DNA of 64,000 nt from Mustelus asterias (taxonomy: Eukaryota): the NCBI RefSeq assembly GCF_964213995.1, contig NW_027590136.1:248001-312000 (forward strand). Direction: 5' to 3'. The notes beneath the pieces were generated by a model. That model saw only the letters and a program-made list of their open reading frames with translations, was not told where the DNA came from and searched no databases. Positions 38,652 through 51,567 of the stretch are shown in pieces. Within the stretch, counting starts at the first letter, position 1, and every line of letters starts with the position of its first letter. The position numbers and the translations under genes are program-made.

Positions 38652-38815
38652 GGTTCCTGATTGGACAGTAAGCAGCGACAATGTTTACAATAAGTTGCTG
38701 CCTCTAGTCTTATATCACAGAGTGAACTCAGATCAGAGGCAGCTTCAAGTATTCAGAAACAGGGAGGCGTTTCTCAGTGCTGCGATTGGCTCATCTCCCT
38801 GAGCTGACGTCAGCT
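38652..38815 (-). promoter_or_regulatory. V-segment promoter
   Basis: CRE TGACGTCA at 38805-38812, CCAAT at ~38785, TATA-like TATAAG at ~38710. Confidence 0.55.
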
Positions 38816-38819
38816 GCGA

Positions 38820-39140
38820 ATCATAAAATCCCTGCAGTGCAGAAGGAGGCCATTCGCCCCATCGAGTCTATACCGGTCACAATACCACCCAGGCTCCACT
38901 CCCGCAACTCCATGTATTTACCCTGCGTATCCCCTGACGCTCGGGTCAATTTAGCATGGCCAATCAACCTAACCTGCACATCTTTGGACTGTGGGAGGAA
39001 ACAGGAGAACCCGAAGGGGACCCACGTAGACACTGGGAGAACATGCAAACTCAGACAGAAAGTGATCCGAAGCCGGAATTGAACCCGGGTCCCTGACACT
39101 GTGAGACAGCAGCGCTGACCATTGTGGCATCATGCCGCCC
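38820..39140 (-). mobile_element. HE1-like SINE
   Basis: SINE consensus features. Confidence 0.82.
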
Positions 39141-39366
39141 CGTAACCAGTGAACCAATCACTGTTAGTTAATGATTTAATATAGCTGGCACTTTCCAATC
39201 ACATTCCTTCCCTGGCCGTAAACTTATTTCTAAAGTCTTTGCTCTCTCTCTGCTCTCTCCCACATCATCACTTATTCTGTCTCATTAACTGGTTAACTCG
39301 CTTTCCTCAGAACTCAGTCCATCAATCTTTCTTAAGGCAGATCCTTTTTTCTAATTTAATCATTTA

Positions 39367-39670
39367 TGGGTGACACGGTGGCGCAGTGGTTCGCATTGTT
39401 GCCTCACAGCCCCAGGGACACGGGTTCGATTCCAGCCTCGGGTCACTGTCTCTGTGGAGTTTGCACTTTCTCACCGTGTCTGCGTGGGTTTCCTCAGGTG
39501 CTCCAGTTTCCCTCCACATTCCTAAACTGTGCAGGTTTGCTGGATTGGCCACGCAAAATTACCCTAAGTGTCAGGGGATAGCAGGGTAAATATGTGGGTT
39601 ACGGGGATAGGGCCTGGGTGGGATTGTTGTCGGGACAGGCTCCATCCTGCATTGTCGGGATTCAATGATT
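39367..39670 (+). mobile_element. HE1-like SINE
   Basis: A and B boxes and tail. Confidence 0.82.
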
Positions 39671-39794
39671 CAGCAGCCTAACGTACAGGGATTAATGAGT
39701 AGCATCCAGGACTCAACATAATTAATAGTTAGTGCTGTAAGTATACCGGGGATAAGTAGTCACTCAACTCTGCACCAGAAAATATTTCACGGAC

Positions 39795-40250
39795 TCATAA
39801 CATAGAAACTAGAAGCAGGAGCCTTCTCCGCCATTCATCGTAATCATAGCTGATCATGGAATTCAATATCCTGATCCTCCTTCCCCCTCGACCCCTTTAG
39901 CCCCAAGAGCTATATCAAATTTCTTCTTGAAATCAGACAACGTTTTGGCCTCAACTACATTCGGTGGTATTGAATTCCATACATTCAACACTCTCTGGAT
40001 GAAGGAATTTCCCTTCACCTCAGTTTTTCCCTTATCTTCAAAAGATGACCCATGGTTCTGGATTCCACCATTGGGAACAGTCTTCTGGATCTACCCTGTC
40101 GAACCCTGTTAGAATTTTATAAGTTTCTATGAGACCCCCTCTCACTATTCGAAACCGCAGTGAATATAATCCTAACGGATTTAATCTCTCCTCATATGAC
40201 AGAGCTGCCATCCCAGGAATCAGCATAGTAAATCTTCACTGTACCCCTCT
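39795..40250 (-). mobile_element. CR1 LINE 3' fragment
   Basis: SYEERLNPLGLYSL…LIETYKIL. Confidence 0.82.
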
Positions 40251-40640
40251 ATTCCCCAAATAGAAAAGCTCTGATTTCAATCAGTTATTATTTCTGCTCC
40301 ACGGACTTGAAAATGGAACAATTCTGAGGCTGCATTTGATAATAGATCACTTTTAAAATGTGTCGCCGGGCAGATAGGCACCGAATCCAGAATTTTTCTA
40401 AGTACAGATTAAGGAAGTTATTCACCCGGGGTAATCTGCAGATTTTGTGCGGATGGGATCGGAGAATGGTTGGATTTGATCCGGGAATAATAGGATGGCA
40501 AATGTGACATTTCACAACACTGACAATGGCTGAGCTCAGTGGGGGAATATTATTCAGCTGGGGCTGTATTGTGGCCTTCATTTCCTGCGCATTTTCGTTG
40601 AGATCCGACTCTTTTTCTCTGACCCTGAAACGTCTGCGTC

Positions 40641-40679
40641 ACTTTTTGTATGAGGCCCGCGGGAGCCTCATTCACTGTG
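40641..40679 (-). other. Orphan 23-RSS with an 8-nt V coding-end remnant (40680-40687)
   Basis: CTGAGACC|CACAGTG + 23 nt + ACAAAAAGT. Confidence 0.8.
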
Positions 40680-41325
40680 GGTCTCAGTGGGAATCAAATT
40701 GTTGTCTAATTGTCCCAGCAGATAACAGGTTCCTTTGAACTCTCCAGCTGCTACTTTAATGCAGACTTTAACCAATTTATTTTGAGCTGGTTTCTGTTCA
40801 ATAAACTGGCACTGACACACAAACACATTAAAATATTTTAGACTTTTCTGCATTTTCAGTCTGGAAATTTAATCCTGCCATTTCACTCTCAGTCAGGAAC
40901 AGATCCCAGTTTTGCACCAATCTCTGATTTAGCAGCATGCTTCCAGCATTCACTGTTGTTCTTCCTGACTCTAAACACAGTTGTAAAGGAACTTCTGTTC
41001 CTGGTCTAGGAGCGCTGAAACATAGAAGGGAGTGACTGAGATTCTTGCACATCTCAGGATTAAACCACACGGGTACTTTGCTGTCGTGAAGAGAGACGAG
41101 GAAGAGCAAAGTGCTGTTTGTCCCTCTGTGACCCTGAAGGACTGCGTCCTGTTTGCCATATGATCCACCCCCGATTGTCTTTTCTGAGCTCCAGCCTGGT
41201 GATGTTAAACAGTCAGGTGGGAAAGACAAAAATCTACAACAATTTTAAAAAACAAAGCTGGTCTATTTCATATTTATTCAGAATATTAAACCTCAACGGA
41301 TGAAGACTGTCAGAGTGAACACGAT

Positions 41326-42306
41326 TCAGTCCTGGATATGATTAACAGCATCATTAAGAGTAGAATCCAAACCTTGCAGTCGTTTGTGAACACGCTGGTG
41401 TGTTAGCAGGTGGGATGACTGAATAAATCCCTTTCCACAGACATTACAGGTGAAGGGCCTCTCCCCAGTGTGAACTCGCTGGTGTTTCAGAAGATAAGAT
41501 AAATGAGAAAATCCCTTCCCACAGACAGAGCAGGTAAGTGGCCTCTCCGCACTGTGAACTTTCTGGTGTGTCAGCAGGTTGGATGACTGACTGAATCCCT
41601 TCCCACACACAGAGCAGGTGAACGGCCTCTCCCCAGTGTGAACTCGCTGGTGATTCAATAAGTTGGATGAACGAGTGAATCCCTTCCCACAGTCTGAGCA
41701 GGTGAAGGGCCTCTCCCCAGTGTGAATTCTCTGGTGGTTCAATAGGGCAGATGGACGGCTGAATCCCTTCCCACACACACAGCAGGTGAATGGCCTCTCC
41801 CCAGTGTGAGCATATTGGTGCGTTAGCAGATCCTTTTTATTTTTAAAGCTCTTCGCACAGTGGGAACAATTAAAAAGTTTGTTATCAGAGTGAACAAGTT
41901 GATGTGTCTGCAAGTGGGATGACTGAATGAATCCTTTCCCACACACAGAGCAGGTGAACGGTCTCTCCCCAGTGTGAATTCGTTGGTGTGTCAGCAGATC
42001 CTTTTTGCATTTAAAACTCTTCTCACAGTCAGAACATGTAAACATTCTCTCATCAGTGTGAACAAGTTGGTGTGTCACAATGTGGGATGAGCGAGTGAAT
42101 CCCTTCCCACACACAGGGCAGGTGAACGGCCTCTCCCCAGTGTGAACCCGTTGGTGAGTCAGAAGGTTGTATGAATGGGTGAATCCCTTCCCACAGACGG
42201 AGCAGGTGAACGGTCTCTCCCCAGTGTGACTGCGCCGATGAACTTCCAGTTGTGATGGGAAACCGAATCCTTTCCCGCACTCCACACATTTCCACGGTTT
42301 CTCCAT
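41326..42306 (-). CDS. C2H2 zinc-finger protein, 11 fingers; paralog of 21632-22780
   Basis: 326-aa ORF, 56 aa shorter than the paralog. Confidence 0.9.
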   Translation of the reverse strand: MEKPWKCVECGKGFGFPSQLEVHRRSHTGERPFTCSVCGKGFTHSYNLLTHQRVHTGERPFTCPVCGKGFTRSSHIVTHQLVHTDERMFTCSDCEKSFKCKKDLLTHQRIHTGERPFTCSVCGKGFIQSSHLQTHQLVHSDNKLFNCSHCAKSFKNKKDLLTHQYAHTGERPFTCCVCGKGFSRPSALLNHQRIHTGERPFTCSDCGKGFTRSSNLLNHQRVHTGERPFTCSVCGKGFSQSSNLLTHQKVHSAERPLTCSVCGKGFSHLSYLLKHQRVHTGERPFTCNVCGKGFIQSSHLLTHQRVHKRLQGLDSTLNDAVNHIQD

Positions 42307-43219
42307 GGTGCCCTTGTGTTTCTCCAGGTTGGATGATCAGTTCAAGCCACATCCACACACACAACATACACGTAGTTTCACCCTGCTGTGAACTGTGATG
42401 TTTTTTCAGGCTGTGTAACTGGTTAAAGCTCTTTCCACATTCAGTTCACTGGAACACTCTCACTCGGGTGTGTGTTTGTCTCGATGCTTTTCCGGTCATA
42501 CTGATGTTTAATTTATTTGCCCACAGGCAGAACAGACAAATATTTCTCTTTCTATATTCAAAGACCGATGATATTCAGCTCCGAAGGAACTGAATGACTT
42601 TGTCAGATGTGATGTCCGGTTTGAGTTTTCTGTCTGCCAATCTTTCACTTCCAATATCCTGTAAAAACAGTTTAGAAAAGTCATCACTGTCAGAACACGA
42701 TACAAACTCTGAACAGACAATTCTAGTTTCTCTGGAACATTTTTTCCTTTCTTGTTCCCCCAAATCAGTAAATCCCCGTCCCACACACTCTCCCTCCTCC
42801 CTGGGCTGAAATCCAAACCCATCTCACCATTTCTTTCCTCCACTCCCAGTTTTCTCCCTCCCTCTCCTCTGTCTGGATTCAGTTCTCCAGCTCCTGTCTG
42901 CAGACTGACAATAAAACCAATGGGTCTTACTGGGGGTGTTGGGGCCTCCAGCGGGTGTTTGTGAATCCTCCCCGCCCACCTCCCAGGGTTTCCTTCCTTC
43001 CCAGAGATCAGAGTCCTCATTGATTTGAGGCCAAAGTGTAACCTCTTATTTATTGTCCCCCTCCCCCATCCTCTGATGTGAACCATCCTCCAGTGGCTGA
43101 GCCAGGATGGGGCCGTTAACCTGGGCCTGTTCCCGGGAGGGAGGGAGGGAGGGAGGGAGAAGCCCCGCAGCTGCAAACCAGGGAGCTGACAATGATTCTG
43201 AAGGGTTTGCGGATCCACA

Positions 43220-43879
43220 AAGTGTTTCCAAATCCTCCCAGCCACCGCCTAACGCTGACTCCGCTTCTCCGGGACAAACAAGCGCCAAGGACAGCAATGA
43301 CACTGCGCATGCTCCACATCACAATGCCGGGGGACTGATTGACGGCAGCTCCGGACCAATAGGAAGAGGGGGCGGGGCTGGGGGACCGAACGGGAGCGGC
43401 TGGTCCTCCAACCAATCGGAGTGAATGAGGGGCGGGACTGGAGGACCGAACGGGAGCGGCTGGTCCTCCAACCAATCGGAATGAATGAGGGGCGGGACCT
43501 GAAGCATGCGCAGTGCGGGTGAACCAGATAAACCTGTTGGACTTTAACCTGGTGTTGTTTGACTTGTTGCTGTGTTTACCCCAGTCCAACGCCGGCATCT
43601 CCACATCAGTGCGGGTAATGGCGACGGACGGCCGGTTTTAGTTTGGAAGCGAGATCAATACGAGGTAGAGGGCGGCGTGCGGGGAATGATAAATGTGGCG
43701 GGTGGGTCGAGAGGCTTTGTAAACATGTTGTTCAAACCCAAACCCCGGAAATGAACTTCCCGGTTCCCCCCCTTTGTACCAAATGGAGCGGCAGCTTGTA
43801 GTGTTAGACCCGGGCTGACTGCCGCCATTGAGGCTGCATGTGGGAGGCCGGCAGGGATTGTGATCGGAGAGTGAAGCCC
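43220..43879 (-). promoter_or_regulatory. ZNF promoter module, copy 3
   Basis: Inverted paralog of 870-1450; tandem duplication of the CCAAT/GC-box unit at 43370-43500. Confidence 0.65.
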
Positions 43880-44073
43880 CGACGTCACAATGGAATGGGT
43901 GAGAGTGTGACGTCACAATGGAATGGGTGAGGGTGTGACGTCACAATGGAATGGGTGAGGGTGTGACGTCACCATGGAATGGGTGAGGGTGTGACATCAC
44001 AATGGAATGGGTGAGGGTGTGACGTCACAATGGAATGGGTGAGGGTGTGAGGTCACAATGGAATGGGTGAGGG
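43880..44073. repeat. 28-bp CRE minisatellite, copy 3 (7 units, 4 perfect CREs)
   Basis: TGACGTCA at 43908, 43936, 43964 and 44020. Confidence 0.92.
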
Positions 44074-44283
44074 TTCCAGATGAGCTGAGACTGGGCTGGA
44101 GTCGGGCGATGGCACTGACATGTGGCCCGGTGGCACAGTGGTTAGTGCAGCTGCCTAACAGCGCCAGGGACCGGGTTCAATTCCAGCCTCGGGTCACTGT
44201 CTGTGCAGAGTTTCTACATTCTCCCCGTGTCTGTGTGGGTTTCTTCCGGATGTTCCGGTTTTCCTTCCACAGTCCAAAGATGT

Positions 44284-44665
44284 GCCGGCGTTGGACTGGG
44301 GTAAGCACAGTAAGTAATCTCACAACACCAGGTTAAAATCCAACAGGTTTATTTGGTAGCACAAGCCACAAGCTTTCAGAGCACTGCCCCTTCATCAGGT
44401 GAGTGGGAGTTCTGTTCACAAACAGGGCATATAAAGACACAAACTCAATTTACAAGATAATGGTTGGAATACGAGTCTTTAAACGTAATCAAGTCTTAAA
44501 GGTACAGACAATGTGAGTGGAGAGAGGGTTAAGCACAGGTTAAAGAGATGTGTATTGTATCCAGCCAGGACAGTTAGTGAGATTTTGCAAGCCCAGGCAA
44601 GTCGTGGGGGTTACAGATAGTGTGACATGAACCCAAGATCCCGGTTGAGGCCGTCCTCATGTGTG
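44284..44665 (-). mobile_element. Penelope-like 3' fragment; hammerhead motif at 44366-44402
   Basis: CAC-CTGATGA-A-GGGGC-AGT-GCTCT-GAAA-GC-TT-GTG on the minus strand. Confidence 0.82.
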
Positions 44666-44899
44666 ATTGACAGATCCATGCTCACTGCTTCTTGCCCTGG
44701 ATGCAGAGAGCTGAAAATTTCCATGCAGGATGCCAGACAGATAAATGTCTACATTACTGGAGTAAAAATGTGTGGAATATACAGACCGAATTCACTTCAT
44801 TTCCTTCAGTTGCTGCAAGTCCCCAACTTCCCCCAGAATGAGAAAAGAAATGGAAAGGGGGAAACATTGATTTCCTCCCAGATGTTGAACAGAGGAGGG

Positions 44900-45370
44900 A
44901 GTTTCACTCTGAAGCTCATTGGACAACTTCCGCATTGTGACGTCACAATAGTGTCCTGCCTGAATCAGCCAATAGGAATCACTCTGCTTCGCGGTGACGT
45001 CTCTGGGTTCCAGTTCTCAGGCCCGGGCGCGCGGACCCAGGAGCCCCGCCCCCACCCATTGTTCCCCTCCCCCTACACCTCCTTGAACCAAGGTTTCCAG
45101 GCAACCGGCTGACGGCTCCAGCAAGAGCGAGAAGCCGCTCAGTGAGCTCTCCCTCCCCCCGGCCCAGGACTACACATGTGCGAGGGAGAGGGGAAGCTGC
45201 GCATGTGCGGGGGAGAACCCACCCTCTGATCTTCATGCTGAGGTGTTGACCAATGGGAAGAGTTGGAGGACCGGAAGGACTCTGGTCTTCCAGCCAATCA
45301 GAGTGTGGGCTTTGTGTGAATGAAGATTGATCTTCAGACAGACTCAAACTTCCTCCTGTCTCAAACATCT
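44900..45370 (+). promoter_or_regulatory. CpG promoter and probable non-coding first exon of the ZNF at 47394
   Basis: CRE, CCAAT boxes, GC box, TGCGCATG, and donor CATCT|GTGAGT at 45370. Confidence 0.55.
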
Positions 45371-45519
45371 GTGAGTAAAACACTTTCTCTTCAACCCCCT
45401 TTCCATTTCTTTTCTCATTCTGGGGGAAATTGGGGACTTGCAGCAACTGAAGAGAAAGGAAGTGAATCCAGTGAGGGTGCAGACTCTGGAAAGGTTGGTC
45501 CAGGTTTCTCGCTCTCTCG

Positions 45520-46720
45520 AACCAGAAAATGATCCATTTCTGCCCACTGTTTGCTGTTAGCCAATCTTCTATCCACGCCAATATGTTATCCCCACAGCAT
45601 GAACTTTTATTTGCTGCAATAACCTTTGATGTGGCACCTCATCAAATGTCTTCTGGAAATCTGAGTACAGCACATCCACCGGTTTCCCTTTATCCAATGC
45701 CCGATGGGGAATTTTAGAAAATTGAACAACACATCAACGATCTCACTCTGTTAAGACCCGAGAATGAAGCCCAGCAGGACCCGAGGACTCATCAGCCCAC
45801 AGCTCCAACAGTTTGCTGAGGACCACTTCCCTGGGAATTGTGCTTTTTCAGAGTTCATCCCACACTTCTGTTTTCTGATTTCCAGCTGTTTCTGAGTTTT
45901 AACTGTATCCTCTATTGTGAACACCGAGGCAAAATACTTGTTCAATTCATCTCCCAGCTCCTTATTTTTCATTATCAATTCCTGGACTCACTTTCTATTA
46001 GACAGTTAAGAAATGAGGTGGAGCAAGTGACTGAAGTGTCAGTCAGGGAGCACTATTGGGAGCACCAATAGTTTCAAAATAGTTCAGGAAAAAGATAGGA
46101 CAGGTCCACAGGTCAAGGCCCTAAACTGGAGCAGGGCCACTTTTGTGGGCATTAGGCAGGATCGAGCAGATGTCGATTAGGTGAGTTTGTTTGAAGGGAA
46201 AGGAATGACTGGCAAATGGGAGGTTTTAAAAGTGTGATATCAAGAATCCAGGGGCAGTATATTCCTGTTAAGATGAAGGGAAAGAATGGTAAATTTAAGG
46301 ATCTCTGGCAGACAAGGGACATTGAGGCTCTGGTCAGGTAAAAGAAGGAAGCATACATTGGGTTTAGGCAATCGGGGACAAGTGAATCACTCTGACTATA
46401 AAAAGTGTAAGAAAATACTGAGGAGGGAAATCAGGAGGACAAAAAGAGGGTCTGATATGGATCTGGCAGGTAAGATTAAAGAAAATTCCAAGAGGTTCTA
46501 TAGCTATATTAAGAGTAAGACGGTGGCTAGAGAGAGAATAGATCCCCTTAAAAATCAGTATGGCCATCTGTGTGTGGAGCTACAGGAGATGGGTGAGATT
46601 TTTAATGAATACTTCTCCTCTGTGTTTACTGCGGAGAGCACCATGAGGGCTAAAGAAATAAGGGAAACAAGTGGTGATGTCTTGGGCACACGCTCGTTAC
46701 TTGGGAGGAGGTATCTGCAG
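45520..46720. mobile_element. Two CR1 fragments (minus ~45520-45990; plus ~45995-46720)
   Basis: ELNKYFASVFT; IKENSKRFYSYIKSK. Confidence 0.8.
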
Positions 46721-47393
46721 CCTTATAAAAGCAAATTACTGCGGATGCTGGCGTCTGAAGCCAAGGGAGAAAATGCTGGAAAATCTCAGCAGGTCTAGCA
46801 GCATCTGTAAGGAGAGAAAAGAGCTGATGTTTCTTGACGAAATGACCCTTTGTCAAAGCTCTGAAACATCAGTTCTTTTCTCTCCATCCAGGTGCTGCCA
46901 GACCTGCTGAGAATGGGGAGAGAGTGTGTGGGATGGAGATTTACAGCTTTTGGGGAATGAGAGAGGAAAGAATGTTCCATAGAAATTGTTCTGAATTTCT
47001 ATCCTGTACTGACACTGATGACTTTTGGAAACTCATTTTCAGGATATTGAAAGAGGAATCACAGGCCGAAATCTCAAACGTCACGTCTAGGCGTGACAGA
47101 ATCGTGTTCCTTGGGACCTCAATATCATCGGACTTTGAATCCAGAAGGAGAAATGATTGTCCAGTCTGTCGATTTGAAAAGATTTGAAATGTCAGTGTGA
47201 GTGAAAAAGCATCAACACACTGCCACACTTGAGTGAGAGTGTTCCAATGCACTGACTAAAGAGCTTTAACCAGTTACACAGTCTGAATAAATATCACACC
47301 ATTCACAGCGGGTAGAGACTGTAATCTTGTCCTGTGTGTGGACGAAGTTTCAACTGATTGTCCACCCAAGAGTGAGGCAAGGAAACCTGCACC

Positions 47394-48068
47394 ATGGAGA
47401 AACCATGGAAATGTGGGGACTGTGGGAAGGGATACAGAGCCCCATGTCTGCTGGAAGCTCATCGGCGCAGCCACACTGGGGAGAGGCTGTTCATCTGCCC
47501 TCAGTGTGAGAAGGGATTTAATCAGTTCTCCAGCTTACGGACACACCAACGAGTTCACACTGGGGAGAGACCATTCACCTGCTCTCAATGTGGGAAGGGA
47601 TTCATTCAGTCATCCCACCTGCGGACACACCAGCGAGTTCACACTGGGGAGAGGCCATTCACCTGCTCTCAGTGTGGGAAGGGATTCACTCAGTTATCCA
47701 GCCTGCAGACACACCAGCGAGTTCACACTGGGGAGAGGCCATTCACCTGCTCTCAGTGTGGGAAGGGATTCACTCAGTTATCCAGCCTGCAGACACACCA
47801 GCGAGTTCACACTGGGGAGAGGCCGTTCACCTGCTCTCAGTGTGGGAAGGGATTCACTCGGTTACCCGACCTGCGGACACACCAGCGAGTTCACACAGGG
47901 GAGAAACCATTCACCTGCTCTCAGTGTGGGAAGGGCTTCACTCGGTCATCCACCCTGCGGACACATCAGCCAGTTCACACTGGGGAGAGGCCATTCACCT
48001 GCTCTCAGTGTGGGAAGGGTTTCAGCGTTTCATCCCGGCTGCTGAGACACCAGCGAGTTCACGAGTGA
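47394..48068 (+). CDS. C2H2 zinc-finger protein, 8 fingers; paralog of 26108-27286
   Basis: 224-aa ORF. Confidence 0.88.
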   Translation: MEKPWKCGDCGKGYRAPCLLEAHRRSHTGERLFICPQCEKGFNQFSSLRTHQRVHTGERPFTCSQCGKGFIQSSHLRTHQRVHTGERPFTCSQCGKGFTQLSSLQTHQRVHTGERPFTCSQCGKGFTQLSSLQTHQRVHTGERPFTCSQCGKGFTRLPDLRTHQRVHTGEKPFTCSQCGKGFTRSSTLRTHQPVHTGERPFTCSQCGKGFSVSSRLLRHQRVHE

Positions 48069-48289
48069 TGACAGGGGTTGGATTCTGCTGTTATTGTTTC
48101 TGCTCTCAGTTGCATCCAGGATTGCATTTTGTTCATTCTCACAGTTGGTCAATGGGAAGGGTCAGAGGGTTTCTTTGTGCTGGACTGGCCGGTCACAGCC
48201 TCCAGTGGGCTGATGCTCTTTGAACCTTTTTGTGAATACCTGGTTTCAAATGTCACAAGGATCACAGAGTGACAGGGTGTTAGGAAGTT

Positions 48290-49360
48290 TAGAGATATTG
48301 AGTCAGAAGAAAACAGAGGTTGGCAGTGCAAAGGTACATTTCTGAATGGAGGGCTGTGACAAGTGACGTTCCTCAGGGATCAGTGCTGGGACTTTTGCTG
48401 TTTGTAATATATATAAATGATTTGGAGGAAAATGTAACTGGTTTGATTGGTAAGTTTGTGGACGACACAAAGGTTGGTGGAATTGCGGATAGCGATGGGG
48501 ACTGGCAGAGGATACAGCAGGATATAGATCAGTTGGAGACTTGGGCAGAGAGATGGCAGATGAAGTTTAATCCGGACAAATGTGAGGTAATGCATTTTGG
48601 AAGGTCTAATACAGATGGGAAATATACAGTCAATGGAGAACCCTTCAGAGTATTCATAGGCAGAGGGATCTGGGTGTACAGGTGCACAGGTTATTGAAAG
48701 TGGCAATGAGGTGGAGAAGATAATCAAGAAGGCATACGGCATGCTTGCCTTCTTCGGCCGGGGCATTGAGTTTAAAAATTGGTAAGTCATGTTGCAGCTT
48801 TATAGAACCTTATTTAGACCGCACTTGGAATCTAGTGTTCATTTCTGGTCACCACACTACCAGAAGGAAGTGGGGGCTTTGGAGAGGGTATGGAAAATAT
48901 TTACCAGGATGTTGCCTGGTAGCATTAGCTATGAGGAGAGGTTGGAGAAACTTGGTTTGTTCTCACTGGAACAACGGAGGTTGAGGGGGGCGACCTGATA
49001 GAAGTCTACAAGATTATGAGGGTCATGGACAGAGTGGATAATCAGACGCTTTTTCCCAGGGTGGAAGAGTCAATTACGAGAGGCATAGGTTTAAGGTGCG
49101 AGGGGCAAGGTTTAAAGGAGATGTACAAGGCAGGTTTTTTACACAGAGCGTGGTGGGTGCCTGGAACCCGTTGCCGGGGAAGGTAGTGGAAGCAGATACG
49201 GCAGTGACTTTTAAGATGTGTCTTGACAAATATATGAATAGCATAGGAACAGAGGGATATGGTCCCCGGAAAGGTAGGGGGTTTTAGTTCAGACGGGCAG
49301 CATGGTTGCTCCAGGCTTGGAGGGCCAAAGGGCTTGTTCCTGTGCTGTAATTTTCTTTGT
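48290..49360 (+). mobile_element. CR1 LINE RT to 3' end
   Basis: [12 protein letters not shown] and RPHLE motifs. Confidence 0.9.
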
Positions 49361-50129
49361 TCTTCATTCTGTTTGGAACATCCCAAATGCCCATCCAATT
49401 TCCTTTTTAATTGTTTATTGTCGCTACTTCCTCCACCCTCGTAGGCAGCGAGTTCCAGGTCATCACCATTCACTGCATCAGAATATTCTTCCTCACATCT
49501 CCACCGCCCCCCCCCCCCCCGCCCCCCACTCCCCCTCTCTTGCATCTCTGACCCAAAACAAGAAATCTGTGTCCCCCCTCGTCCTTGTCCCATCAGCTAA
49601 TGGGAACAGCTTTTCTTTGTCCACCTTATCTAAACCTGTCAGAACCTTGTCCACCTCTATCAAATCTCCCCTCAACCTCCTTTGCTCCAAGGAAAACAAC
49701 ACCAGCCTGACATTGACAATAAAGAACAAACTAACAGAATATGTTACTGTCTGAAATCAAATGGGAATGTTTAATTTCTGTTTTAAAGATATTGTGAATA
49801 TATTGTCCTGGACAATAAAGGAATTGGAATAACTCACCTTGGGTGTGGTTGAATGGAATATGTCAATCTGATATCCACCTACAGTCTAGTGAAAGTCTGG
49901 AATATGTAGCTGGAACTCCCTTCCTAACAGCACTGTGGGTGTACGTACACCTCAGGCATTGCAGCAGTTCAAGAAGGCACCCTTGGGGTTGGGGTTGACC
50001 ATGGCCAAGGCAGCTACATACAGCCACATATTCTGTTATAATTGAAGGACTGCAGATTGAGTGTGAGGCATTGTGGGACTGGACTATCTTGACCATATTC
50101 CTGTGACTGCCCGGAAACACGTGTCTATT

Positions 50130-51567
50130 TTAAAGAACAAAGAACAATACAGCACAGGAACAGGCCCTTCGGCCCTCCAAGCCTGCACCGATCATGTGTT
50201 CCTAACGAGACCATCCGTTTGTATCCCTCTATTCCCAGTCTGTTCATATGGTTATCATTAAAATACGTCCCCTGCATATCTGTATTGAACCTTGCCCCCC
50301 CTTACCTTGAACTTGTGACCCCTTCTGTTTGTCGTTTCTGACCTGGGAAAAAGCTTCCAACTGTTCACCCTATCTATGCCCTTCATAATTTTATAAACTT
50401 CTATTAGGCCGCCCCTCCACCTCTGTTTTTCCAGGGAGAACAACCCTAGTTTACTCAATCTCTCCTCATAGCTAATACCCTCCATACCAGGCAACATCCT
50501 GGTTAACCTTTTCTGCACTCTCTCCAAAGCCTCCACGTCCTTCTGGTAGTGTGGCGACCAGAACTGGACGCAGTATTCCAAATGCGGCCGAACCAACGTT
50601 CTATACATCTGCACCATCAGACCCCAACTTTTATACTCTATGCCCCGTCCAATAAAAGCAAGCATGCCATATGCCTTCTTCACCACCCTTTCCACCTGTG
50701 TTGCCACCTTTAAGGTTCTGTGAACTTGCACATCCAGATCCCTCTGTGTGTCTATACTCCTGATGGTTCTGCCATTTATTGTATAGCTCCCCCTGCATTA
50801 GATCTACTAAAATGCATCACTTCGCATTTATCTGGATTAAGTTCCATCTGCCATTTCTCCGCCCAATTTTCCAGCCTATCTATGTCCTGCTGTATTCTCT
50901 GACAATGTTCATCACAATCCACAACTCCAGCAATCATTGTGTCGTCCGCAAACTTACTAATCAGACTTGCTACATCTTCTTCCAAATCATTTATATATAT
51001 CACAAACAGCAGAGGTCCCAATACAGAGCCCTGCGGAACACCACTAGTCACAGACCTCCAATCAGAAAAAGACCCCTCCGCTGCTACCCTCTGTCTTCTA
51101 TGGCCAAACCAGTTCTGTACCCATCTAGCGAGCTCACCTTTGATCCCGTGAGATTTAACCTTTTGCACCAGCCTGCCATGAGGGACCTTGTCAAATGCTT
51201 TACTAAAATCCATGTAGACGACATCCACGGCCCTTCCCTCGTCAGTCATTTTTGTCACCGCCTCAAAAAACTCAACCAAATTTGTGAGGCATGACCTCCC
51301 TCGCACAAAACCATGTTGTCTATTGCTAATGAGATTATTCAGTTCTAAATGTGTACAGATCCTATCTCTAAGAATCTTCTCCAACAATTTCCCTACCACG
51401 GACGTCAAGCTCACTGGCCTATGATTACCCGGGTTATCCTTGCTACCCTTCTTAAATAACGGGACCACATTTGCTATTCTCCAATCCTCTGGGACCTCAC
51501 CTGTGTCCAATGAAGAAACAAAGATTTCTGTCAGAGGCCCAGCAATTTCATCTCTTGTCTCTCTCAG
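50130..51567 (-). mobile_element. CR1 LINE RT to 3' end, flanked by a ~220-bp direct duplication
   Basis: RT ORFs at 50776-51594 and 50258-50731. Confidence 0.92.

Larger units (their letters stand above)
40688..48290. repeat. Segmental duplication copy B
   Basis: Paralogous to 20980-27510, with an extra ~1.8 kb at 44985-46818. Confidence 0.9.

Noticed and set aside
42508-43245. 245-aa ORF upstream of the ZNF as an N-terminal effector domain
   Set aside because: It has a non-ATG start, runs through promoter and intron sequence, changes frame between paralogs and has no recognisable domain
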